Of a stretch of DNA of 64,000 bases, positions 29,337 through 37,036 are shown in pieces. The notes under the pieces are model-generated. The model worked only from the letters and a program-made list of their open reading frames with translations. It was not told where the DNA came from and ran no database searches. This stretch comes from a virus. Both the position numbers and the translations under genes were made by a program. How positions within the stretch are numbered: the stretch's first letter is position 1; each line of letters begins with the position of its first letter. Where the stretch lies: the IMG/VR virus record IMGVR_UViG_3300046786_000686, positions 27,105-91,104 of that record; one strand, written 5' to 3'.

Positions 29337-31547
29337 ATGAATGAACTAACAAAATTTTTGGTGGAAAGCGTTTTGAGTGAAGCAGAGCAAGGAATCGTTG
29401 TTCTACTTCCTGGCGGATTCAAACCACCACACGGTGGCCATTTGGAATTGGCAAAGCGATATGCTAGTCAACCAAACGTGTCAGAGGTACGTATATTAAT
29501 CGGACCGAAAGAGCGAGATGGAATCACTCGTGATCAGAGTATAGCTGTATGGAAAGAGTTGTTGATAGGAACTACTGGCATAGTAGTAGAATCAGTGGCA
29601 GAAGATAATCCGTTACTAGCATCTTACAAGTATATTGAAAAAGCAAAGCCTGGAACATATGCTCTAGCAGCTAGCTCAAAAGGTGATGATTATATTCGTG
29701 TGAAGAAGTTTGTAGATGGTCATGCGGTAGGAGCTAAGTACAACAGACCAGGCGTTAATGTGGTTGAACTTCCATTAGACACACAACCAATCTTATACAA
29801 GAATCGTAAGGATAATCTAAACGGAAAGGGTATTAGCGCATCAACACTTCGTGCCGATCTAGCAGCTAAGAATTACGACAACTTCAAAACAAATTATCCA
29901 GGTCAATCAGAGTCAACAACTAGAAAGGTTTTTGACATACTAACAAAGAACATGCAAGAGATTGTAGAAGGTATTAATGTTGGTGACGTAGTTAAAAAAC
30001 TCCACTCACGATTTAAGGCTTTCTTGAGAGCAATTAGTTCTGAGAGTAAGGAAACAAAGGAAGCTTTTGTTCTGCTAGCACAAGCTGCTCAAGGAAAGAA
30101 GAAATTAACAGATGAAGAGAAGAAAGAGATAGGTAATCAAATGAAAGATGTACTCAAGACAATGGGCATCATCGCAGCAAGTGTGCTACCAGGTGGTACA
30201 ATCTATTTCATACTAATTAGATTACTTCGTTTGGAGAAGTATACAATTCCTAATAACTTCCTTAATAAGGCAGCAACAACAGTTCCACTAATGGAGAAGA
30301 CAATACTAAAAGAGGGTGGCGCAGCAGGCCACATGACACATCCATACGAAGATTACGATTTAACCTTCGATGATGTTGAAAAAATGATCGATGCCGCATT
30401 GAGTGGTAAAGTCGAGTTTGCACAAGAAAAGCTAGATGGCCAAAACCTGATGGTAACATATAAGGATGGTCAGGTTAGAGCTGCAAGAAATAAAGGACAT
30501 CTTAAAAACGCTGGTGAGACATCTCTCACAGTAAAGCAAGTTAAAGACACGTTTGCAAATAGAGGAGCTATCCAAGTAGCATTCTCAGAAGCGATGGTTG
30601 ACCTTGAAGCAGCTATTAATAAACTCACACCAGAGCAAAAGCAAGACTTCTTTGGTAATGGAACTAAGTTTGTGAACTTTGAGATTCTCTATCCAGATAC
30701 AGCAAACGTAATTCCTTACGGAGCTACTCAGCTGAGATTACACAACATTACTGAGTATGATCCAGCTGGAAACGTGGTTAACACAGATACTGATAAGGTT
30801 CATCAATTGGAAGGAGCTATTCGTCAAGTAGAAGCTCAGAACCAGAAAACATACGAAATCCGTGTAACGGATCCAGTAACGATCAACAAGTCGGTTGATT
30901 ACAAAAAGCAAAAAGAAGAGCTAGTAGGTATGCTAACAGCATTACGTACTAAGTTCAACTTGAATCGTGCTGACAAGATTAGCATCTATATGCAAGCATG
31001 GTGGAAACAATATTTGACCAACACAGCAAAACAATACAAATATGAGATTCCAGCAGATGTCATGCAACAATTGATTAATCGTTGGGCTTTCTCAAACAAA
31101 GACGTAAACATCAAGGTTATTCGTGATGGTATCCAAAATGAGGATTTTAAGAACTGGGTAGTAAGCTTTGATGGTAAAGAATCAATCAATCAAAAGAAGA
31201 TCTGTGTAAGACCAATCGAAGTCATGTTCTTAAAGTTGGGTGTGTATGTGTTGAAAAACATATCACAGCTGGTAGCTCTTAATCCAAACGATAGTGTTCG
31301 TCAAATCAAAGCAGACTTAGACGACGCAATCTCAAGAATAAAAACCTCAGCAGCATCACCAGAAATGAAGGACGATGGTGCAGCTTTAGCTTTCTTAAAA
31401 AGAGAGTTGACGCGTTTGAAAGATATTGGTGGGTTCAAAGCAATTGTTCCACTAGAGGGTATTGTATTTAAGTACAATGGCCGTTTATACAAATTAACTG
31501 GAGCATTTGCACCAATCAACCAGATCCTAGGATACTTAAAATTCTAA
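29337..31547 (+). CDS. Multidomain protein: HxGH nucleotidyltransferase + helical/hydrophobic domain + ATP-dependent ligase-like (KxDG) domain
   Basis: GGFKPPHGGH and ISASTLR (cytidylyltransferase/NMNAT family); EKLDG, EGIVFK and YKLTG resemble ligase motifs I, IV and V. Confidence 0.75.
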   Translation: MNELTKFLVESVLSEAEQGIVVLLPGGFKPPHGGHLELAKRYASQPNVSEVRILIGPKERDGITRDQSIAVWKELLIGTTGIVVESVAEDNPLLASYKYIEKAKPGTYALAASSKGDDYIRVKKFVDGHAVGAKYNRPGVNVVELPLDTQPILYKNRKDNLNGKGISASTLRADLAAKNYDNFKTNYPGQSESTTRKVFDILTKNMQEIVEGINVGDVVKKLHSRFKAFLRAISSESKETKEAFVLLAQAAQGKKKLTDEEKKEIGNQMKDVLKTMGIIAASVLPGGTIYFILIRLLRLEKYTIPNNFLNKAATTVPLMEKTILKEGGAAGHMTHPYEDYDLTFDDVEKMIDAALSGKVEFAQEKLDGQNLMVTYKDGQVRAARNKGHLKNAGETSLTVKQVKDTFANRGAIQVAFSEAMVDLEAAINKLTPEQKQDFFGNGTKFVNFEILYPDTANVIPYGATQLRLHNITEYDPAGNVVNTDTDKVHQLEGAIRQVEAQNQKTYEIRVTDPVTINKSVDYKKQKEELVGMLTALRTKFNLNRADKISIYMQAWWKQYLTNTAKQYKYEIPADVMQQLINRWAFSNKDVNIKVIRDGIQNEDFKNWVVSFDGKESINQKKICVRPIEVMFLKLGVYVLKNISQLVALNPNDSVRQIKADLDDAISRIKTSAASPEMKDDGAALAFLKRELTRLKDIGGFKAIVPLEGIVFKYNGRLYKLTGAFAPINQILGYLKF

Positions 31548-31551
31548 TCAG

Positions 31552-31866
31552 ATGAAACTGAAAAAACTTATAGAAAACCAACTGTTGAACGAGAAGAAAG
31601 AGGCTATTGCTACTTCTGCCAACACAAACCTTACACTACATTACGACTCAATGTTCAGCAATGTGGGCGAAGAAGGAGCTCCAGAATTTAGCTTCACAAT
31701 CAGTATTTCATCTACTGGTGGTAAAGAATTCTTCCGAGGTGTATCAGACACCAACGAGAGTGCTAAACTTGCTGAGGGTGTAAAACTAGAATTGCGTAGA
31801 GCAATGCGTCGTTTTGATAAAAACGTACAATTGATTATTGAAAAATACAAGTTACAAGCACGATGA
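31552..31866 (+). CDS. Hypothetical protein, putative head-packaged
   Basis: N-terminal MKLKKLIENQLLNE. Confidence 0.65.
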   Translation: MKLKKLIENQLLNEKKEAIATSANTNLTLHYDSMFSNVGEEGAPEFSFTISISSTGGKEFFRGVSDTNESAKLAEGVKLELRRAMRRFDKNVQLIIEKYKLQAR

Positions 31867-32366
31867 GAGAAACATTTGTTACAATTGGAAGTAACCACGT
31901 AAAGCGTCAGGAAGGTGATGTTTGGGAAGAACGTGGCAAGTTATGGACCATTAAGAATGGTATAAAAAGAACCGTTACTAAGATGGATCAAGCTCGTAAA
32001 GAGTTCTTGATGCCATTATCATGTCCACAATGCGGACGATCAATGAATCACCATTTTAACGAGCAGTCATGGGCAACACACAAGACCTGCTTCGAGTGTG
32101 TTATTGATATGGAGCATAAGCATATGCTAAACGGTACGTATGCAGAGTACGAAAAAGATGTTATGGCGAAAAACGCAAAAGCCTTCGTTAGCGCGTTTGA
32201 GGAGTACATCGATGATTATATGAAGGATAGTGTGGCAAATACAAACGTCACCGAAGATGGTTTAGTTGAGAGATGGAAAGATGTGGATCAATCCCATCTA
32301 GAAAATATCAAGCAAGAGGTTTTGGAAAAACTAAACGATAACATAAAACAAATAGAAAGTAAATAA
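31863..32366 (+). CDS. Zinc-finger protein
   Basis: CPQC and CFEC pairs; overlaps couple it to both neighbours. Confidence 0.7.
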   Translation: MRETFVTIGSNHVKRQEGDVWEERGKLWTIKNGIKRTVTKMDQARKEFLMPLSCPQCGRSMNHHFNEQSWATHKTCFECVIDMEHKHMLNGTYAEYEKDVMAKNAKAFVSAFEEYIDDYMKDSVANTNVTEDGLVERWKDVDQSHLENIKQEVLEKLNDNIKQIESK

Positions 32367-32971
32367 TGGATTCAACAGTAGTAGCAGCTTTTTTGACGGG
32401 AGTGCTAGGACCAGTGGCAGTAATCGGAGTACGCCACTATTTGGATAAGAGAAAGGCAAAGCCTGATATGGTAGCTGAAGCTTTGGAGACGAGTGAGAAA
32501 GTTCACATCAAGATTGAGCATATTCGTGACGAATTCAATGCAGACCGTGTTTGGATAACTCAGTTTCACAATGGTGGACACTTCTACCCAACCGGAAAAT
32601 CAATTGCCAAGTTTAGTATGGTATATGAGGTTGTGAGTTTAGGAACTGCATCAATTCAGAACAACTTCCAAAACATTCCAGTAAGTTTGTTTAGTAAGTC
32701 TACAAACTTCTTATTAGAGAATGATGTGATTGAGATTCCAGATTTCAAAGATGAAACCATTGCTACACACGGTCTCAAATATGTTGCAGAAGAAGCTCAT
32801 TGCAAATCAGGATACTTGTTTGCGATTAAAACTATCGACGATAAGTTCATTGGTGCTTTGGGCTTAGACTTTACTAAGCGTAAAACAAAACTAGACATGG
32901 AATCTATCAACCACCTAAGTATGCACGCAGCATCTATTGGTGGTGTACTAAACGCACACCTAGAGAAGTAA
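32366..32971 (+). CDS. Putative holin, T4 T-like (single TM helix + GAF-like domain)
   Basis: N-terminal hydrophobic helix; ADRVWITQFHNG...FIGALGLDF GAF-like pattern; size similar to T4 holin. Confidence 0.55.
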   Translation: MDSTVVAAFLTGVLGPVAVIGVRHYLDKRKAKPDMVAEALETSEKVHIKIEHIRDEFNADRVWITQFHNGGHFYPTGKSIAKFSMVYEVVSLGTASIQNNFQNIPVSLFSKSTNFLLENDVIEIPDFKDETIATHGLKYVAEEAHCKSGYLFAIKTIDDKFIGALGLDFTKRKTKLDMESINHLSMHAASIGGVLNAHLEK

Positions 32972-33327
32972 TGAAAAACGAGATCACTATATGTAATGAG
33001 TGTGCTATCGCTTTGTTGGAAGATATCAAAGCAGGTAAGCATCCGTTAAGCGAGGCTGAATATAAAGGACGTGAAGTACCATTAGGAAAGCCGATGAAAG
33101 GTGATGTCAAGAAGTTCAAGGTGTATGTGAAGAATAAGGCTGGAAACGTTGTTAAGGTGAATTTTGGTGATCCAAATATGTCAATCAAGAGAGACGATCC
33201 AGAACGCAGAAAAGCATATAGATCAAGACATAACTGCAATAATCCAGGACCTAGAGATAAGGCTAATTATTGGAGTTGTAGGATGTGGTCATCAAAACCA
33301 GTGAGTCAAATATTAAAAGGAAAGTAA
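32971..33327 (+). CDS. Small basic protein, putative internal head protein
   Basis: LSE/AEYKG candidate protease site, then a basic domain (VNFGDP..RRKAYRSRHNC..YWSC). Confidence 0.7.
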   Translation: MKNEITICNECAIALLEDIKAGKHPLSEAEYKGREVPLGKPMKGDVKKFKVYVKNKAGNVVKVNFGDPNMSIKRDDPERRKAYRSRHNCNNPGPRDKANYWSCRMWSSKPVSQILKGK

Positions 33328-33872
33328 TGCCATACGAAATTAGAAAATCAGGAGACGGATTTAAGGTATTCAAAAAAGGTACCAATCAAGCTTTTTCAAA
33401 ACATCCAATGACAAAGGAAAAGGCAAAAGCTCAAATCGCAGCTATACACATCAACACCACTGAGGCAGTAAATGCAATCAATGAGTTGAAGCTAAGCTCC
33501 TATGGTGTAAAAGAGTTGCTACGAGCAATCTTCGACCATCCAGAGATTTTACCAAAGCTTCACTTCAGAAAGTTCAGAGATGTAATTGATTATATGAAAT
33601 CAGCTGATCAAGAGGAGCAAGAAGAGTTGGAACAAAAGGTGATCGCTTTAGGAATTAAAGTAGATAAAAGCCACCTAACGGAACTTTCTATCGTGTCAGT
33701 TGGAGTGCGTGACTTATTAAGAAAGATATTCAAAGATCCGAACTTGATGAAGCAACTAAATTTTTCTAACTTTAGAAGAGCTGTCGAGTATGTTAGAGGT
33801 TGTGATATAGAGGATTTCAATGAACTAGAACAAGAAGTAGAAGCCTACGAAAAAGCTCATGGGTTGAGATAA
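33327..33872 (+). CDS. Protein with two tandem ~55-aa repeats (start revised to ATG 33327)
   Basis: TAATG coupling at 33325-33329; internal duplication with a 66-codon period. Confidence 0.75.
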   Translation: MPYEIRKSGDGFKVFKKGTNQAFSKHPMTKEKAKAQIAAIHINTTEAVNAINELKLSSYGVKELLRAIFDHPEILPKLHFRKFRDVIDYMKSADQEEQEELEQKVIALGIKVDKSHLTELSIVSVGVRDLLRKIFKDPNLMKQLNFSNFRRAVEYVRGCDIEDFNELEQEVEAYEKAHGLR

Positions 33873-33910
33873 TCAACCTCAACATTCACGAAAATAAACG
33901 CACATGGAAG

Positions 33911-34162
33911 GTGAGAGTAATAGGAAGAAAAAACATATCGATGCAGAGTCTAGCGACGTGGAGCATGATGATCGCTCTATTCTTCAATCCGTTCGGATTC
34001 GACGTGATTCAGTATTGGTTGATACTAGCCACTGGAAATTTATGGAGAGCGAACTTCGTTTTGTACTGCTTAGCGGGACTATTCTTTGGCTTATCCATAT
34101 TGTTTCGCTTGCTATCTAAAAAGCGACATATTTATACAAAACAGAGTAATGAAAAAAACTAA
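33911..34162 (+). CDS. Small two-TM membrane protein (holin/antiholin-like); start may be ATG 33941
   Basis: Two hydrophobic segments and a basic C-terminal tail. Confidence 0.55.
   Translation: MRVIGRKNISMQSLATWSMMIALFFNPFGFDVIQYWLILATGNLWRANFVLYCLAGLFFGLSILFRLLSKKRHIYTKQSNEKN
34129..34136 (+). promoter_or_regulatory. Putative late promoter TATTTATA (inside the upstream gene)
   Basis: 12 nt before ATG 34149. Confidence 0.65.
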
Positions 34163-34523
34163 TCAAAAGTTAGCAGAGTCAGTACTTCGCAAGTACATTC
34201 AGAAAGAGATCCGTCGTATGATGGAGGCTGAGGAAGAAACCGACAGTCCAAACGCAGAGGGTGGTGAAGAGACTCCAGAAGAAGCTCCAAAGGAAGAGCC
34301 TAAGAAACAAGAGCCAGAACAAGCACCTGAAGAAGAGGCAGGTTTGAATGAGGATTTCCAAGCAGGTTTGGATCAATTTGTTCAAAAGCTAAAAACGAGT
34401 ACTGAACCGGTTGAGCATGACGACTTGATCGATATGGTTGGTCAATTGGTTGATATGTTTGTAACATCAAACGAAGGTAAACTAAACATTTTACGAGCTG
34501 TAAAAACAAACATCGTACAATAA
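34149..34523 (+). CDS. Acidic protein, putative prohead core/internal protein (start revised to ATG 34149)
   Basis: MKKTNQKLAESVLRKYIQKEIRRMMEAEEE followed by an E/P-rich linker; the revised start follows the promoter motif. Confidence 0.7.
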   Translation: MKKTNQKLAESVLRKYIQKEIRRMMEAEEETDSPNAEGGEETPEEAPKEEPKKQEPEQAPEEEAGLNEDFQAGLDQFVQKLKTSTEPVEHDDLIDMVGQLVDMFVTSNEGKLNILRAVKTNIVQ

Positions 34524-34714
34524 TGAATACAAAGACACAAGCAATCGTTAAGCGTTTGAAAGAGGACACTGCATACCAGGAGTTCTTCAAAAAGGCAATG
34601 GAGAAGTTTGACATCAAATCACCAGCTGATCTAGAGGATCCTGAGAGAAAAAAGAATTTCTTCAACTACGTAGACAAAAACTATTCAGCTAAGACTGAGT
34701 CAAAGAAACGATAA
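34523..34714 (+). CDS. Small putative prohead core protein
   Basis: TAATG coupling on both sides; LKE/DTAYQEFFKKAM. Confidence 0.7.
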   Translation: MNTKTQAIVKRLKEDTAYQEFFKKAMEKFDIKSPADLEDPERKKNFFNYVDKNYSAKTESKKR

Positions 34715-35061
34715 TGAAACTGGAAGTTACAAGAACGAACTTAGTATTGTTTGCAATTGTTGTAGGTCTTTTGATCTACTCCATTGCATTTGCACCAAAC
34801 CGTAATGGGGTGAAATATATCAAACCACAACATGAGTTGGATAGTTTGGCACACGTAATCACAGACTTGAAAAAAGAGCAGCATGCTAAGGATAGTGTAA
34901 TAACTAATTTGAAAAGTGAGATATCTGCTCTGGATAAGGTGATTTACAATCAAAAAGTAAGAATCGTTAAAATAAGAGAAGAATATGACACTAAAATTAA
35001 AACTGTTAGCAATTACACTCCTTCTGAGCTTGACAGCTTTTTCGCAGAGCGTTACAAATAA
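34714..35061 (+). CDS. i-spanin-like protein (N-terminal TM helix + coiled coil)
   Basis: LVLFAIVVGLLIYSIAF then heptad repeats; overlaps the next gene. Confidence 0.55.
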   Translation: MKLEVTRTNLVLFAIVVGLLIYSIAFAPNRNGVKYIKPQHELDSLAHVITDLKKEQHAKDSVITNLKSEISALDKVIYNQKVRIVKIREEYDTKIKTVSNYTPSELDSFFAERYK

Positions 35062-35416
35062 CACAATAAAAACAGACACTGTAGTAGTGGTGTTACCTTA
35101 TAGAGTTGCTAGATTGGTTGCAATCGACCTAGTACGCTACGATTCTACTAAGGCGGAATTACAGGCAACTCAACAACTACTAAGATTTACTAACGACAAG
35201 ATCACAAAGCAAGATTCATTGATCAAGACTTATGATAGTCAGATGATCACAATGAACAATCAAATCAAAGCATATGAGCAAAAGGATACAATCCAAACTC
35301 AGATGGTTAGCGACTTGCAAAAGGATAATCGTAAACAAGGTAGAATAATCAAAGTGCTAGGAACAACAGCGGGTATCTTTTTTGTTACCACACTGACATT
35401 ATTCTTAGCTCACTAA
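34985..35416 (+). CDS. Secreted coiled-coil protein with C-terminal membrane anchor (spanin partner-like)
   Basis: Signal peptide ending AFS/Q, no Cys, coiled coil, C-terminal hydrophobic segment; 77-nt overlap with the upstream gene. Confidence 0.55.
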   Translation: MTLKLKLLAITLLLSLTAFSQSVTNNTIKTDTVVVVLPYRVARLVAIDLVRYDSTKAELQATQQLLRFTNDKITKQDSLIKTYDSQMITMNNQIKAYEQKDTIQTQMVSDLQKDNRKQGRIIKVLGTTAGIFFVTTLTLFLAH

Positions 35417-35427
35417 AAATCCAGGTT

Positions 35428-37005
35428 ATGAGTACAGAGGAGAAGAGTCTAAAAGACATCATCCGTGAGGAGTACATTAAGTGTGCACGATCAGCATCAT
35501 ACTTCATGAAGAAGTATTGCATGATTCAGCACCCTACTAAGGGGAAGATTCCATTCCACCTATATCCATACCAAGAAGATTCATTACAAGAGTTTCAAGA
35601 GAATGACCGTTGTATCATTCTAAAATCTCGTCAGCTAGGTATCTCAACACTTATTGCAGGATATGCATTATGGATGATCCTATTCCAGAACGATAAGAAC
35701 TGCTTAGTAGTTGCGATTGATCAGAACACGTCTAAAAATCTCGTAACAAAGGTGAAGGTAATGTTTGACAATCTTCCAAGCTGGTTGAAGCTAAAAGCTG
35801 TTGAGAGTAACAAACTTTCAATCAGACTATCAAACGGATCACAAATCAAAGCGGTATCAAGCACAGGAACATCAGGACGTTCAGAGGCGTTATCGTTAGT
35901 TATTATTGATGAGGCTGCATTCGTTGATGGAGCAGAAGAGTTGTGGGCATCACTACAACAAACATTGAGTACGGGTGGTCAAGGTATCCTACTATCAACA
36001 CCAAACGGTACTGGTAACTTCTTCCACAAGATGTGGACTAAAGCAGAAGCGGGAGAGAACAAATTTAAGACATTACGACTTCCATGGCAAGTGCATCCGG
36101 AGAGGGATCAAACATGGAGAGATCGACAAGATGCTGAGTTAGGATTGAGGTTGGCAGCACAGGAGTGTGATTGTGACTTTAGTACATCAGGTAATACAGT
36201 CGTATCACCAGAACTCATATCATACTACATGCAAACGTATGTACAAGAGCCAATCGAAAAGAGAGGCTTTGATGGCAACTATTGGGTATGGGAGTTTCCA
36301 GACTACACAAAGAATTATGTTCTAACAGCTGACGTTGCTCGTGGTGATGGAAGTGACTACTCTGCATTCCACGTTATTGACGTAGAATCATGTCGTCAGG
36401 TAGCTGAGTATAAAGGTCAGGTTGGAACAAAAGAGTTTGGCAATCTTCTAGTTGCAGCTGCAACAGAGTGGAATAATGCACTACTTGTGATAGAGAATGC
36501 AAACATTGGTTGGGCAGCTATCCAACAAGTAATTGATCGTAACTACCAGAATCTGTACTACACCTATAAGCAAGACGCACTTGACTCAGACAAGTTCTTG
36601 ACCAAGGGATATGATCTAGCCTCCAAGACAGATATGGTTGCAGGGTTTACAATGTCGCACAAGACAAGACCTCTAGTTATTTCTAAGATGGAGTTGTATA
36701 TCCGCGAAAAAAGCTGTATAATTAGGAGTAAGCGATTGCTTGATGAGTTATTTGTATTTATCTGGAAAGCTGGAAGAGCAGAAGCTGCACAAGGCTACAA
36801 TGATGACTTGGTAATGTGTTTTGGACAAGGATTATGGGTTCGAGACACGGCACTAAAACTCAGACAAGCAGGGATAGAGATTAACAGAGCTGCTCTACAA
36901 CATCTGAAATCAACGGTGTCTATATACAAACCAAGTACACAGACAAATCAATGGAAGATGACTGACCACAAAGGTAACAGCGAGGATATGGGCTGGCTTC
37001 TTTAA
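35428..37005 (+). CDS. terL: Terminase large subunit (T4 gp17-like)
   Basis: KSRQLGIST, IIDEAAF, STPNG, ADVARG, DDLVM motifs. Confidence 0.95.
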   Translation: MSTEEKSLKDIIREEYIKCARSASYFMKKYCMIQHPTKGKIPFHLYPYQEDSLQEFQENDRCIILKSRQLGISTLIAGYALWMILFQNDKNCLVVAIDQNTSKNLVTKVKVMFDNLPSWLKLKAVESNKLSIRLSNGSQIKAVSSTGTSGRSEALSLVIIDEAAFVDGAEELWASLQQTLSTGGQGILLSTPNGTGNFFHKMWTKAEAGENKFKTLRLPWQVHPERDQTWRDRQDAELGLRLAAQECDCDFSTSGNTVVSPELISYYMQTYVQEPIEKRGFDGNYWVWEFPDYTKNYVLTADVARGDGSDYSAFHVIDVESCRQVAEYKGQVGTKEFGNLLVAAATEWNNALLVIENANIGWAAIQQVIDRNYQNLYYTYKQDALDSDKFLTKGYDLASKTDMVAGFTMSHKTRPLVISKMELYIREKSCIIRSKRLLDELFVFIWKAGRAEAAQGYNDDLVMCFGQGLWVRDTALKLRQAGIEINRAALQHLKSTVSIYKPSTQTNQWKMTDHKGNSEDMGWLL

Positions 37006-37014
37006 TCTCGAGAC

Positions 37015-37022
37015 TATTTATT
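37015..37022 (+). promoter_or_regulatory. Putative late promoter TATTTATT
   Basis: Intergenic, 14 nt before the portal ATG. Confidence 0.7.
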
Positions 37023-37036
37023 AAAAATAAACACTA

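Noticed and set aside
33285-34148. Track starts at 33285 and 34086, and ORF 33904..34119
   Set aside because: TAATG coupling supports 33327 and the promoter motif supports 34149. The 33904 ORF competes with a more plausible two-TM ORF in another frame.
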